Source of the DNA: an uncultured Alphaproteobacteria bacterium | Lineage (GTDB): Bacteria > Pseudomonadota > Alphaproteobacteria > Rs-D84 | Assembly (NCBI GenBank): GCA_944389595.1 | Contig: CALXMY010000001.1 | Span: forward strand, 179-64,178 | DNA length: 64,000 nt | Direction of reading: 5' to 3' | Shown: piece by piece, positions 48,607 to 57,829 of the stretch | Numbering within the stretch: the stretch's first letter is position 1 | Layout: each line of letters opens with the position of its first letter | The notes under the pieces: model-generated | Database searches by the model: none | What the model was told of the DNA's origin: nothing | The model's input: only the letters and a program-made list of their open reading frames with translations | Position numbers and translations under genes: made by a program

Positions 48607-49933
48607 ATTCAAATTGGCCGCGGTTGTATTGTGCGCGGTTGGCGCAATGGGTAATGCGTATGGAATGGATTTGTCGCTGGATACGGCGGTTGACATGATT
48701 TTGGCCGAATCCCAGGATTTAAAAAAGGCCGCCGCAAATGTTGAAAAGGCCGAAGCGTCACTGGATGTGGCGAATGCAAATCGCTGGTTTAAAATTGACG
48801 GAACGGCAACATATATGAATTTGGTAAATGTGAAAAATCCGACAAAATCGTATACTGTTGATTTGCCGCCGGAATTGGGTGGATTATTGTCGCAATATTT
48901 GGAAAAAAACATCCAATTGCCGGAACAAATTGATATTTATGACAATATGTTTATGGCGGGGGTCACGGTTACCCAACCGATTTATACATTTGGTAAAATC
49001 GGCAATGCGGTAAAGTCGGTCAAGGCCGCAATAAAAATGGCCGAATCCAGCCAGGAAATGACGCGCCGCGAAGTAAAATACAGCGCGGTTGATATGTATT
49101 GGACCGCAAAAATGACGGACGAAATTGTTAAAATATCGCGCGCTGATTTACAGGCGGCACGTGACGCACGGCGCAGTTTAACATCCGCCGGTCGTGCCAA
49201 TCGCAGCAATTTGGTTAAAATTGAATCTGATATCGCGACCAAGGAAATAAACCTGTCGAATGCGGAATTTAATCGTGACACTGCGCACAGAATGTTAAAA
49301 ATTCTGGCGGGCATAGATGTTAACGAGGAATTAAATCTGACGGATGAATTTCCTGATACGTTTCCTGAATTAGAAGTTGGCGAATTAAAATCTACGCCGC
49401 AATGGGATATATTGAACCAACAGATTCAAATGTATGAACGTAATGCTAAATCAAAACGTGCGGGAATGTTGCCAACATTGGCGGCGACGGCATCATATAA
49501 CTATATTGCAATGGGGCCAAATATGGGAAACATGTTTGACGGTATTGATACACAATCTGCGTATTGGGGTTTGGCGTTACAGGTGCCGATATTCAGCGGT
49601 GGTGCAAATATGGCAAATGCCACAATCGAGGCCATGAATGCCGAAGCGGCACGTCAAGATTTAGACAAGGCAACCAAATTAGTAACCGAAGAATACACAC
49701 GCGCCATTGATCAATATAATCATTTGCGCGGGAATTTAAAAACATTGGAAAATGCGCGTGATTTGGCGGCCAAGGCATATGATTTTTCCAGTGGGCGTTT
49801 TGCATCCGGGCAAACATCGGCCGTTGAATTGGCCGAGGTTTCAGCCGGTCTGTATCAATTGGATATGGCACTGTTGAATGCGAAATATAATATTTTAATG
49901 TCTGCGGAATCTGTGAAAAAATTGGGTGAATAA
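48599..49933 (+). CDS. TolC-family outer-membrane efflux protein
   Basis: 444 aa; signal peptide; two-repeat helical/beta architecture typical of OEP family. Confidence 0.65.
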   Translation: MHKFKLAAVVLCAVGAMGNAYGMDLSLDTAVDMILAESQDLKKAAANVEKAEASLDVANANRWFKIDGTATYMNLVNVKNPTKSYTVDLPPELGGLLSQYLEKNIQLPEQIDIYDNMFMAGVTVTQPIYTFGKIGNAVKSVKAAIKMAESSQEMTRREVKYSAVDMYWTAKMTDEIVKISRADLQAARDARRSLTSAGRANRSNLVKIESDIATKEINLSNAEFNRDTAHRMLKILAGIDVNEELNLTDEFPDTFPELEVGELKSTPQWDILNQQIQMYERNAKSKRAGMLPTLAATASYNYIAMGPNMGNMFDGIDTQSAYWGLALQVPIFSGGANMANATIEAMNAEAARQDLDKATKLVTEEYTRAIDQYNHLRGNLKTLENARDLAAKAYDFSSGRFASGQTSAVELAEVSAGLYQLDMALLNAKYNILMSAESVKKLGE

Positions 49934-49935
49934 AA

Positions 49936-50532
49936 ATGGAAAAAATAGCAAGCAAATTAAAATCACAACAGATAAAAAATGCATTATATGGCGCATGTGC
50001 AATTGCGCTGGTTGGATGGGTTGTGTTCAGGTTTGCCGCAATTGGTGCGGAAAATGCACGTGCAGTATTTAACCCGGCGCGCGTGGCGGCCGATGTTGGC
50101 GCACCGGTTTATGCAATGAAAATGTCGCGTGGCACGGGTGTTTTGCGTGAACCCATAGAAATAAAAAATAATCGTGCATTGGTATCGTCGGTGCGTGTTG
50201 GTAAATTACAATCGGGCCAGCGTGTTGGTGCCGGTGAAATTGTATCTGTATCGCATGATGTCGATTTAAATACCGGTATGCACATTGTGCGTACGCGCGG
50301 TGCAACAGATGGGTTGCAATATGCGGAATTTGAAACAGACGGTTATTTTGTGCCGTTATATGCGGTAAATAATGGTACTGTGATGTTGGATGTTAATGGT
50401 GTTGCCACACCGCGTAATGTGACTATATTGCGGTCAGACGCACAAAATGCACTGGTTGATGGATTAAATGATGGCGATGTTGTGATATTGTCACATGTTG
50501 ATGCCGGTGGCAAAGTTCAAATCGTAAAATAA
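49936..50532 (+). CDS. minimal periplasmic adaptor (membrane fusion protein) of RND system
   Basis: 198 aa; N-terminal TM; C-terminal beta-barrel/MP-like segment YAVNNGTVMLDVNGVATPRNVTILRSDAQNALVDGLNDGDVVIL; no helical-hairpin domain. Confidence 0.5.
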   Translation: MEKIASKLKSQQIKNALYGACAIALVGWVVFRFAAIGAENARAVFNPARVAADVGAPVYAMKMSRGTGVLREPIEIKNNRALVSSVRVGKLQSGQRVGAGEIVSVSHDVDLNTGMHIVRTRGATDGLQYAEFETDGYFVPLYAVNNGTVMLDVNGVATPRNVTILRSDAQNALVDGLNDGDVVILSHVDAGGKVQIVK

Positions 50533-50568
50533 TCTGTTTTTATCAATGATATTTAGGGGAGTTCCAAA

Positions 50569-53500
50569 ATGTTAAAATTCTTTGTTCGCAGACCTGTTAC
50601 AACTGTTATGTTTGTTTTATTTTTTGTCGTATTGGGTTTTGTGTCGTTTCCGAAAATGAACATTGAACGCACGCCATCGGTTGAATTACCAATGGTGACG
50701 GCCACATTTATATATCCCGGGGCCGCCCCATCCGAAATTGAATCCCAGGTTATAAAACGTGCCGAAGATGCAATATCCGAAGTTTCCGAAATTAAAAAAA
50801 TTACATCCCAGGCATTTGAAAACGGTGGATTTGTTATGGCGGAATTTAACATCGGTGTCGATGTTAATGACAAGGCAACCGAAGTCAAAACAAAACTGGA
50901 TTCATTGATTTCTGAATTTCCAACTGATATGGAACAACCCGTGGTGGAAAAATTAAATCCATTGGAACAACCCGTGGTCGATATTATGGTGACGGGTGAA
51001 AACCTGCGTGATTTACAGGAATATGTTGATGATACATTATCAAATAAAATTACTGCGATTGCGGGTGTTGCCAGTGTAGATGTGTTTGGCGGCGAAACAC
51101 GTGCAGTACGAATTGCAATGAATCCGGAAAGTCTGGCGGCACGTGGCGCAACGGTTATGGATGTTGTATCGGCATTGGGGGCGCGTAATTTAAATGTTCC
51201 GGGCGGGAAAATTGAATTCGGAACAAATTCATCAAATGTGCGATTTGTTGGTGAATTTTCCAGTGTTGATGAAATTGCAAATTTACAATTAACAACCGTC
51301 GAAGGGCAACGATTCAAATTATCAGATATTGCAACAGTTACCGATGCCGCCCGTGATATGGAAAATGGTGCGCGCTATAATGGAAATGAAGTTATTATTG
51401 CATCTGTTGTAAAATCATCCGATGGAAATGCAATAAACGTTTCACGTGCATTGCATGAACAAATGCCGAATTTAATTGCTGATTTGCAATCCGAATTCCC
51501 AGATGCCCGTATGGAAATAATTTCTGATACATCAACCGCGATTGCCGATGAAACATATGGCACAATCGAAGGAATTATTTTAGGCGTTATATTTACAGTT
51601 TTGGTATTGCTGGCGTTCACGCGTAATTGGCGTTCTACGGTTATTGCGGGGGTTGTGATACCCGCATCATTGATTGCTGGATTCTTTTTAATGGATGCCA
51701 GTGGATTTACAATTAATGCGTTAACGTTGTTGGCATATTCGTCCGCGTTGGGAACATTGGTGTCAAACGCAATTATTCTGATAGAATCTGCGTTACAGGA
51801 AATGCGCAACGGCAAAAATCCCGAAGATGCCGCAATCGACGGTACTAAAAAAGTTGGTGTGTCCGTTTTGGCGGGTGTTGGTACAAACGTTGTGGTGTTT
51901 TTACCATTGGCGTTTATGGGTGGAATTGCCGGCCAATTCATGAATCAATTTGGGTTGACGGTTGTGTATTTAACGCTGTTGTCGTTGGTTTTCTCGTTCA
52001 CATTAACACCAATGATGATTGCAAAGTTTTTGCGTTTAACAGAAAATAAAAAAACAAAAAAGACAAAGACTGTTCGTGCAACAATTGTGAATGAATCAAC
52101 AAATAACACGCAAAAAAAGTCACGTTTGCGTCGTTGGTTTGATTATCAAATTTTGCATCCGTGGCGCGTGGTTGCCATGGCGGTGGCGGTTTTGGTTGGT
52201 TCAGCCATGTTGATGGGTTTTGTTGGAAATGAATTTGCGCCGTCCACCGATACAAATGAAATTAATATAACTGCGCGTGCACCAATGGGTGCAACATATG
52301 AAAAATCATCAGAAATCGCCAAACAAATCGAAGAAAAATTGGCTGATTTTGACGATGTATCGGCTGTGTCGGTAAAAATTGGTGATCGCGGATTGCAAAA
52401 TATCGCGATTAAATTGACGTTGACTGATATTGCCGACCGCAGTAAATCTGACCAGGAAATTGCCCGTGAAATAATGCCGGTGTTATCTGAAATACCGGAT
52501 GTGGAAATCCAGATCAGTGCCGGTGCGGCAATATCGGCGGGAATGTCAAATGCAGATATTGTATTAAACGTTTATGGGCCTGATGACGCGAAACGTAATG
52601 CATATGCAAATCAAATCTTGGATATGATAAATCAATTACCCGAGGTTCAAACCGCTGTATTGGCCCAACAAAAGCCCGCGACAGAAACTCAATTTATTCC
52701 AAACGAAGATAAAATGAATTCGTGGGGTATTAATAATTCATATGCGGGGTTAACATTACGTACCGCATTGTACGGTAACGATGATTATAAGTACAAAGAA
52801 AACGGCGAAGAATATCCAATCATTTTGGAATTTGCCGAAGAATTCAAAAGTATGGGCATGTTTGACAATGTGTTTGTAAATTCCCAGCGCGGCATGGTGC
52901 CATTGTCGGAATTGGGTACAATTCAAATTGTCGATGCAACACCTGATATTATGCGCATTGATAAAAACCGTATTACTGAAATTGATGTGACATTGGGTAA
53001 ATCAACAATGGGGCCCGTACAGAAAAAGATAGAGGCCGCCATTGCCAAAATCGATTGGGATACAGGTTATGGGGTTGACTTTGGTGGTATGTCCGAAATC
53101 CAGGGTGAAACCACAACTGAAATCGGAAACGCATTTATGTTGGCAATTATTCTGACATATATGTTATTGGCGGCTATATTGAATTCGTTGGCACATCCGT
53201 TTACAATTGCGACATCTATTGTTACCAGTTTTGCAGGCGTGTTTGCATTAATGTTTTTGTCGGGCGCATCAATGAACGTTGGCGCGATGTTGGCATGCGT
53301 TATGTTGGTTGGATTGGTGGTGAATAACAACATTTTGGTGTTGGAACCAACGGTTACGCGCATTGCAAATGGCGAAAATATGAAATCTGCATTGTGGACC
53401 GAATTAAAAGATAAACAGGGCATGATTTTAATGACATCTATTGCGGTTATTACCGGTATGATTCCGCAATTATGGTCTGCGGATGGGATGAAGGTTGCGA

Positions 53501-53619
53501 TGGCCGCGGTTATGATTGGCGGAATGTTTGCCAGTATGATATTTACGTTTGTATTAACGCCGGCATTGTTCTGTTTGGTGGAACGCGGTCGACAAAAATT
53601 AAAACATCGTAAAAAATAA
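50569..53619 (+). CDS. RND-family efflux transporter (AcrB-like)
   Basis: 1016 aa; 12 TM with two large periplasmic loops; AcrB-like N-terminus MLKFFVRRPVTTVMFVLFFVVLG. Confidence 0.85.
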   Translation: MLKFFVRRPVTTVMFVLFFVVLGFVSFPKMNIERTPSVELPMVTATFIYPGAAPSEIESQVIKRAEDAISEVSEIKKITSQAFENGGFVMAEFNIGVDVNDKATEVKTKLDSLISEFPTDMEQPVVEKLNPLEQPVVDIMVTGENLRDLQEYVDDTLSNKITAIAGVASVDVFGGETRAVRIAMNPESLAARGATVMDVVSALGARNLNVPGGKIEFGTNSSNVRFVGEFSSVDEIANLQLTTVEGQRFKLSDIATVTDAARDMENGARYNGNEVIIASVVKSSDGNAINVSRALHEQMPNLIADLQSEFPDARMEIISDTSTAIADETYGTIEGIILGVIFTVLVLLAFTRNWRSTVIAGVVIPASLIAGFFLMDASGFTINALTLLAYSSALGTLVSNAIILIESALQEMRNGKNPEDAAIDGTKKVGVSVLAGVGTNVVVFLPLAFMGGIAGQFMNQFGLTVVYLTLLSLVFSFTLTPMMIAKFLRLTENKKTKKTKTVRATIVNESTNNTQKKSRLRRWFDYQILHPWRVVAMAVAVLVGSAMLMGFVGNEFAPSTDTNEINITARAPMGATYEKSSEIAKQIEEKLADFDDVSAVSVKIGDRGLQNIAIKLTLTDIADRSKSDQEIAREIMPVLSEIPDVEIQISAGAAISAGMSNADIVLNVYGPDDAKRNAYANQILDMINQLPEVQTAVLAQQKPATETQFIPNEDKMNSWGINNSYAGLTLRTALYGNDDYKYKENGEEYPIILEFAEEFKSMGMFDNVFVNSQRGMVPLSELGTIQIVDATPDIMRIDKNRITEIDVTLGKSTMGPVQKKIEAAIAKIDWDTGYGVDFGGMSEIQGETTTEIGNAFMLAIILTYMLLAAILNSLAHPFTIATSIVTSFAGVFALMFLSGASMNVGAMLACVMLVGLVVNNNILVLEPTVTRIANGENMKSALWTELKDKQGMILMTSIAVITGMIPQLWSADGMKVAMAAVMIGGMFASMIFTFVLTPALFCLVERGRQKLKHRKK

Positions 53620-53624
53620 TTACA

Positions 53625-53652
53625 AATGGGGCACATACGCCCCATTTTTATT
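53625..53652 (+). terminator. rho-independent terminator
   Basis: AAATGGGGCACATACGCCCCATTTTTA. Confidence 0.7.
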
Positions 53653-53705
53653 GCAAATAACAAAAAAACATGATTATAATTTTGCTGATAACCAAAGGAT
53701 TTTAA

Positions 53706-54308
53706 ATGATGACTAAAAAAGACATTGTCGTTTTTGATTTTGATGGAACATTGTCTGCGCATGATACAAATATGGAATTTGCAAAATATTGTTTTCGTCG
53801 TGCACTGCGGCCATGGTTGTTTTTGCCGTTGGTTGCAATTGCGGCAATTGTGCGCATGTTTAATCCGGCCGGCGTTTGGTGGCGGCAAACCATGCGCAGA
53901 TTTTTAACCGCGGATATGGTGAAAAAATTTGGCCCTGGTTTTATTAAACAACATAAACGCGAACGTTTTGGTTGGTCCGCCGACCAGGTGGCCAAGGAAC
54001 GCGCCGCTGGGCATACAGTGATTTTAATTTCCGCCAGTCCGGATTATTTATTACCGCAATTGGTACGCGATATGAAATTTGATGCCGTTTTATGTTCGCG
54101 CATGGTGAATGGGAAACCATGGAAATACGAATTTTTATGTTGGGGTAAAAATAAAGTTTTGGTCATGGACGAATGGGCGAAAAAAAATAAAATAATTCCA
54201 CATGTTATTCGTTCGTATTCGGACAGTAAATCAGATATGCCATTAATGGAAATTGCCGACGAACAGGTTTGGATTGACCGTGAAACCGGGTTAAGAAAAT
54301 CCGCCTAG
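53706..54308 (+). CDS. HAD-superfamily hydrolase (subfamily IB-like)
   Basis: VVFDFDGTL motif I near N-terminus; C-terminal SDSKSD motif. Confidence 0.6.
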   Translation: MMTKKDIVVFDFDGTLSAHDTNMEFAKYCFRRALRPWLFLPLVAIAAIVRMFNPAGVWWRQTMRRFLTADMVKKFGPGFIKQHKRERFGWSADQVAKERAAGHTVILISASPDYLLPQLVRDMKFDAVLCSRMVNGKPWKYEFLCWGKNKVLVMDEWAKKNKIIPHVIRSYSDSKSDMPLMEIADEQVWIDRETGLRKSA

Positions 54309-54342
54309 TGCAAAAATAAATCACATCCGTTAAAATCAGAAT

Positions 54343-54579
54343 ATGGTTATAACGGATGTTTTATATGATTTAACTGTTGGTGTGGCGGGTGCGGTTATTG
54401 GCGCACTGATAATGTTGGTGTTTAACCGCAAAAAAACACGGCGATTATCGAACGAGATTTTGGTTAATCGCCATGATTTGGAAAAATTGCGTTTGGAAAA
54501 TAATAAATTAATTGAAACGATAAAAGACCGCGAAACACAAATTTTAAAACTGCAACGTAAAATCCTGCGGAAGAAATAA
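54343..54579 (+). CDS. small membrane protein with C-terminal coiled coil
   Basis: 78 aa; one TM then K/R/L/E-rich helix. Confidence 0.3.
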   Translation: MVITDVLYDLTVGVAGAVIGALIMLVFNRKKTRRLSNEILVNRHDLEKLRLENNKLIETIKDRETQILKLQRKILRKK

Positions 54580-54667
54580 AAAGCCGGAACACACAAAGTT
54601 CCTTATTCTTGATGGGGCTGACTTGGCCGGCGGGGACACACGGATAACTTCAACCCCGATACGGCGA

Positions 54668-55540
54668 TTACGATTCGAAATCCATGTCACGCAGTTTTTC
54701 TGCGCGTGGTGTGATTTTCCCAATGGATGTTTGCAATTGTTCGATATCTGTGGTGGCCATTGAAAAATGTTGTTGTACTTTGGCCGCACGGTCAGATAAT
54801 CGCCCCAGGTCTGTTAATAATAATTCCAATTCACGTTTGATTTTGTCGGCCACGCGTTTGATTTTTATGTCTGACAGTACCGCGCGTACTGTATTCAATG
54901 TTGCCCACAATGTGGATGGCGATACAATAAATACTTTACGCCGTGCGGCATAATCAATGGTGTTTGGAAATTCACGATGCAATGTTTCAAATATTGATTC
55001 CGATGCAATAAACATCATGGCCGATTCCGCAGTTTTTCCCGGAATAATATATTTATCTGCAATTGCATCAATGTGTTTCCGCACATCTAATTCAAATTGC
55101 TTGCGTGCGCCATCGTCATTTAGTTCGGTCATGCGGGTGTAACTTTCCAGTGGAAATTTACTGTCAATAATCATATCACCCGGCGGATACGGCAATCGTA
55201 TTATGCAATCCGGACGAACGCCGGTATCCAGTACAGTTTGGAACGAATATGTGTCTGGTGGCATAATATCCGCCACCAAATCGGCCAATTGGCGTTCGCC
55301 AAATGTTCCACGTGCCTGTTTGTTGCCCATTAATATATTTTTAAAATTGGCAATATCTGCACTGATGTTTTTTAATTCAATGGCATTTTGACTAAGTGCG
55401 CCCAACCGTTCGGCCAATCGTTCACGCAAACGTGCATTATCTTCGCGCAGACCGGAAACATCCACCGTCGGTCGCCGCACCAGCAACGCAATCAACATCA
55501 CAATTATAACCGCCAATAATACGAAAATAAAAGTTGTCAT
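54668..55540 (-). CDS. rmuC: DNA recombination protein RmuC
   Basis: N-terminal TM and coiled coil; RPDCIIRLP...IIDSKFPLESY...FIVSPSTLWATL match RmuC core; only 290 aa. Confidence 0.7.
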   Translation of the reverse strand: MTTFIFVLLAVIIVMLIALLVRRPTVDVSGLREDNARLRERLAERLGALSQNAIELKNISADIANFKNILMGNKQARGTFGERQLADLVADIMPPDTYSFQTVLDTGVRPDCIIRLPYPPGDMIIDSKFPLESYTRMTELNDDGARKQFELDVRKHIDAIADKYIIPGKTAESAMMFIASESIFETLHREFPNTIDYAARRKVFIVSPSTLWATLNTVRAVLSDIKIKRVADKIKRELELLLTDLGRLSDRAAKVQQHFSMATTDIEQLQTSIGKITPRAEKLRDMDFES

Positions 55541-55582
55541 TTTCCAATCCTTTGATAAAATCCATTATAAAAGGATTTATAT

Positions 55583-56083
55583 ATGTTGCAAATGAAACTT
55601 TGCGGCGATTTGATTTTGCGCGAAAAATGCGCGCCAATAACTGAAATCACGCCGGAATTGTTGGATGTTATGACGGAAATGGTCGGCATGATGCGCGACC
55701 AGAACGGTGTTGGTTTGGCCGCGCCCCAGGTGGGTCAATTAAAACGATTTTTGGTTATGATGGATCCAGACACTGAAACTGTATTCAAAATGATTAACCC
55801 AAAAATAATCACGCGCAGTTCGGACCTTTGCACAATAGAGGAAGGATGTCTGTCCGTGTTGGGGCCCGATGAATTGCCTGTTTATGCGAATGTGACGCGT
55901 CCCGCCGCGGTCGAAGTTGAATGGACGGATGAAAATGGCAAACAAATGGCTGCAAAAATGTCTGGGTTGCCCGCACGTATTGTCCAACATGAAACAGATC
56001 ACCTGGATGGGATTTTGTTTATAGACTATCTGTCGCCGGTGCGGCGTGAAATGGTTATGCGAAAGGTGCGGAAACACAAATGA
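55583..56083 (+). CDS. def: peptide deformylase
   Basis: GVGLAAPQVG, EGCLS, HETDHLDG motifs. Confidence 0.85.
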   Translation: MLQMKLCGDLILREKCAPITEITPELLDVMTEMVGMMRDQNGVGLAAPQVGQLKRFLVMMDPDTETVFKMINPKIITRSSDLCTIEEGCLSVLGPDELPVYANVTRPAAVEVEWTDENGKQMAAKMSGLPARIVQHETDHLDGILFIDYLSPVRREMVMRKVRKHK

Positions 56084-56886
56084 AAATTGTACTGATGGGC
56101 ACAAATGCTTTTGTAGTGCCAGTCTTTGATGCGATATTAAATGCAGGTCACGAAATTATGGCCGTATTTACGCGTGCGCCAAAACCTGTTGGTCGCAAAC
56201 ATATTTTAACCCCGTCGCCGGTGCATAACTGGGCGCAATCGCATAATTTGCCCGTGTATACAAATATACGTGATTATAATTTTTCGCCCGATATGGTGGT
56301 GGTTGTGTCGTATGGCGTGATATTGCGTGAAAATGTTTTAAATTTTGCGCCATGTATAAATATTCACCCCAGTGATTTACCAAAATATCGCGGGCCGTCG
56401 CCGATACGCACTGCGATTTACAATGGTGATGCATCATCGGCCGTATGTTTGATGAAAATTATTCCTGAAATGGACGCGGGCGATATTTATATGCGCCGCG
56501 AATTTGACATCGGTGAAAATGATACAAATGAAGATGTTGAAAGCGTTGTATCAAAAATTGGTGCGGAAATGCTGACAGAATATTTATCGAATCCGTCTGC
56601 CTATAAAGCGGTGCCTCAAATCGGTGAACCGACATTTACACATAAATTTACCAGTGATGATGAAGTAATAGATTGGTCGCGCGATGTAGTTGCGATACAT
56701 AATCAGGTACGTGCGCTGGGTGCAGGCCGTACAAAGATAAACGGAATTGATGTAAAAATTTTGGAAACGCGCGTTGAAAACAATGAATTAAAAATATTAA
56801 GAATTCAGCCCGCCGGTAAAAAGCCTATGGATTGGCGCAGTTTTGTAAATGGTCTGCATGGCGCAGAAATAAAATTCGGGGAATAA
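56080..56886 (+). CDS. fmt: methionyl-tRNA formyltransferase (short form)
   Basis: INIHPSDLPKYRGPSPIRTAIYNGD formyltransferase motif; overlaps def stop; 268 aa. Confidence 0.75.
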   Translation: MKIVLMGTNAFVVPVFDAILNAGHEIMAVFTRAPKPVGRKHILTPSPVHNWAQSHNLPVYTNIRDYNFSPDMVVVVSYGVILRENVLNFAPCINIHPSDLPKYRGPSPIRTAIYNGDASSAVCLMKIIPEMDAGDIYMRREFDIGENDTNEDVESVVSKIGAEMLTEYLSNPSAYKAVPQIGEPTFTHKFTSDDEVIDWSRDVVAIHNQVRALGAGRTKINGIDVKILETRVENNELKILRIQPAGKKPMDWRSFVNGLHGAEIKFGE

Positions 56887-56888
56887 AA

Positions 56889-57071
56889 ATGAAGTTTTGT
56901 GGATTGTGGCACGCGCATGTAAAATTATCTGTTCATAATGATTTTGGTAAATGCGAATGCTTGGGGTGTTTTGGGTCACATTGTCACAGTTGTAAAACAT
57001 ATGCACGTATGCAATCATTGATTATGTACACGTTTGAAAAAACTAAATGTGATAAATGCTTGGGCCGATAA
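56889..57071 (+). CDS. small Cys/His-rich protein (60 aa)
   Basis: MKFCGLWHAHVKLSVHNDFGKCECLGCFGSHCHSCKTYARMQ...KCDKC; 8 Cys + 5 His; TAA overlaps truA ATG (TAATG). Confidence 0.35.
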   Translation: MKFCGLWHAHVKLSVHNDFGKCECLGCFGSHCHSCKTYARMQSLIMYTFEKTKCDKCLGR

Positions 57072-57829
57072 TGACAAGATATAAAATAACTGTTGAATAT
57101 GATGGTACAGATTTAATAGGGTGGCAGGAAAATCGCCAAGGGCCGTCTGTGCAATCTATATTGCGTGATGCAATAGAAAAGTTTTGTGGTGCGCGTCCTG
57201 ATATTGTTGCCGCCGGGCGTACAGATGCCGGTGTGCATGCAATTGCCATGGTGGCTCATTTTGATTTACCAAATGCCACGCCGGCCGATACAGTTATGCG
57301 CGCAATAAATTTTTATTTGGCGGATTCGCCCGTGTCGGTATTGGATTGTGAAATTGTGTCGGACAATTTTAATGCGCGTTTTTCATGTGTTGCGCGTCAT
57401 TATAAATACATTGTCTTAAATCGTGGTGCGCCACCAACGTTGGATAAAAATCGTGTGTGGTGGGTGCCGCGTCGATTAAATGTTTCCGCAATGCGTCGTG
57501 CGGCGGCAAAATTAATCGGCCATCATGATTTTACCAGTTTTCGCGCCACCCAATGCCAGGCCAAAAGCCCCATTAAAACATTGGACGAATGTAAAGTTAC
57601 CAAACGTGGTGATTTAATCGTGTTTGAATTTTCGGCGCGTTCTTTTCTGCATCATATGGTTCGCAATATGGTTGGCACGTTGGTTGAAATTGGTCATGGT
57701 AAACCATATGATATCGACGAAATTTTTGCGGCAAAAAATCGCAGTGCCGCGGGGCCAACTGCGCCGGCATGTGGTCTGTATTTCATTCGCGCGGATTATG
57801 CCATGGACGGCGATGATAAACGTATTTGA
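57071..57829 (+). CDS. truA: tRNA pseudouridine(38-40) synthase
   Basis: YKITVEYDGTDLIGWQ, GRTDAGVHA catalytic Asp motif. Confidence 0.8.
   Translation: MTRYKITVEYDGTDLIGWQENRQGPSVQSILRDAIEKFCGARPDIVAAGRTDAGVHAIAMVAHFDLPNATPADTVMRAINFYLADSPVSVLDCEIVSDNFNARFSCVARHYKYIVLNRGAPPTLDKNRVWWVPRRLNVSAMRRAAAKLIGHHDFTSFRATQCQAKSPIKTLDECKVTKRGDLIVFEFSARSFLHHMVRNMVGTLVEIGHGKPYDIDEIFAAKNRSAAGPTAPACGLYFIRADYAMDGDDKRI

Noticed and set aside
54580-54667. GC-rich hairpin-containing spacer (GGGGCTGACTTGGCCGGCGGGG...CAACCCC) between the small membrane protein gene and rmuC: considered a small RNA
   Set aside because: Most simply explained as back-to-back terminator hairpins for the two convergent genes. No tRNA-like or known ncRNA signature.
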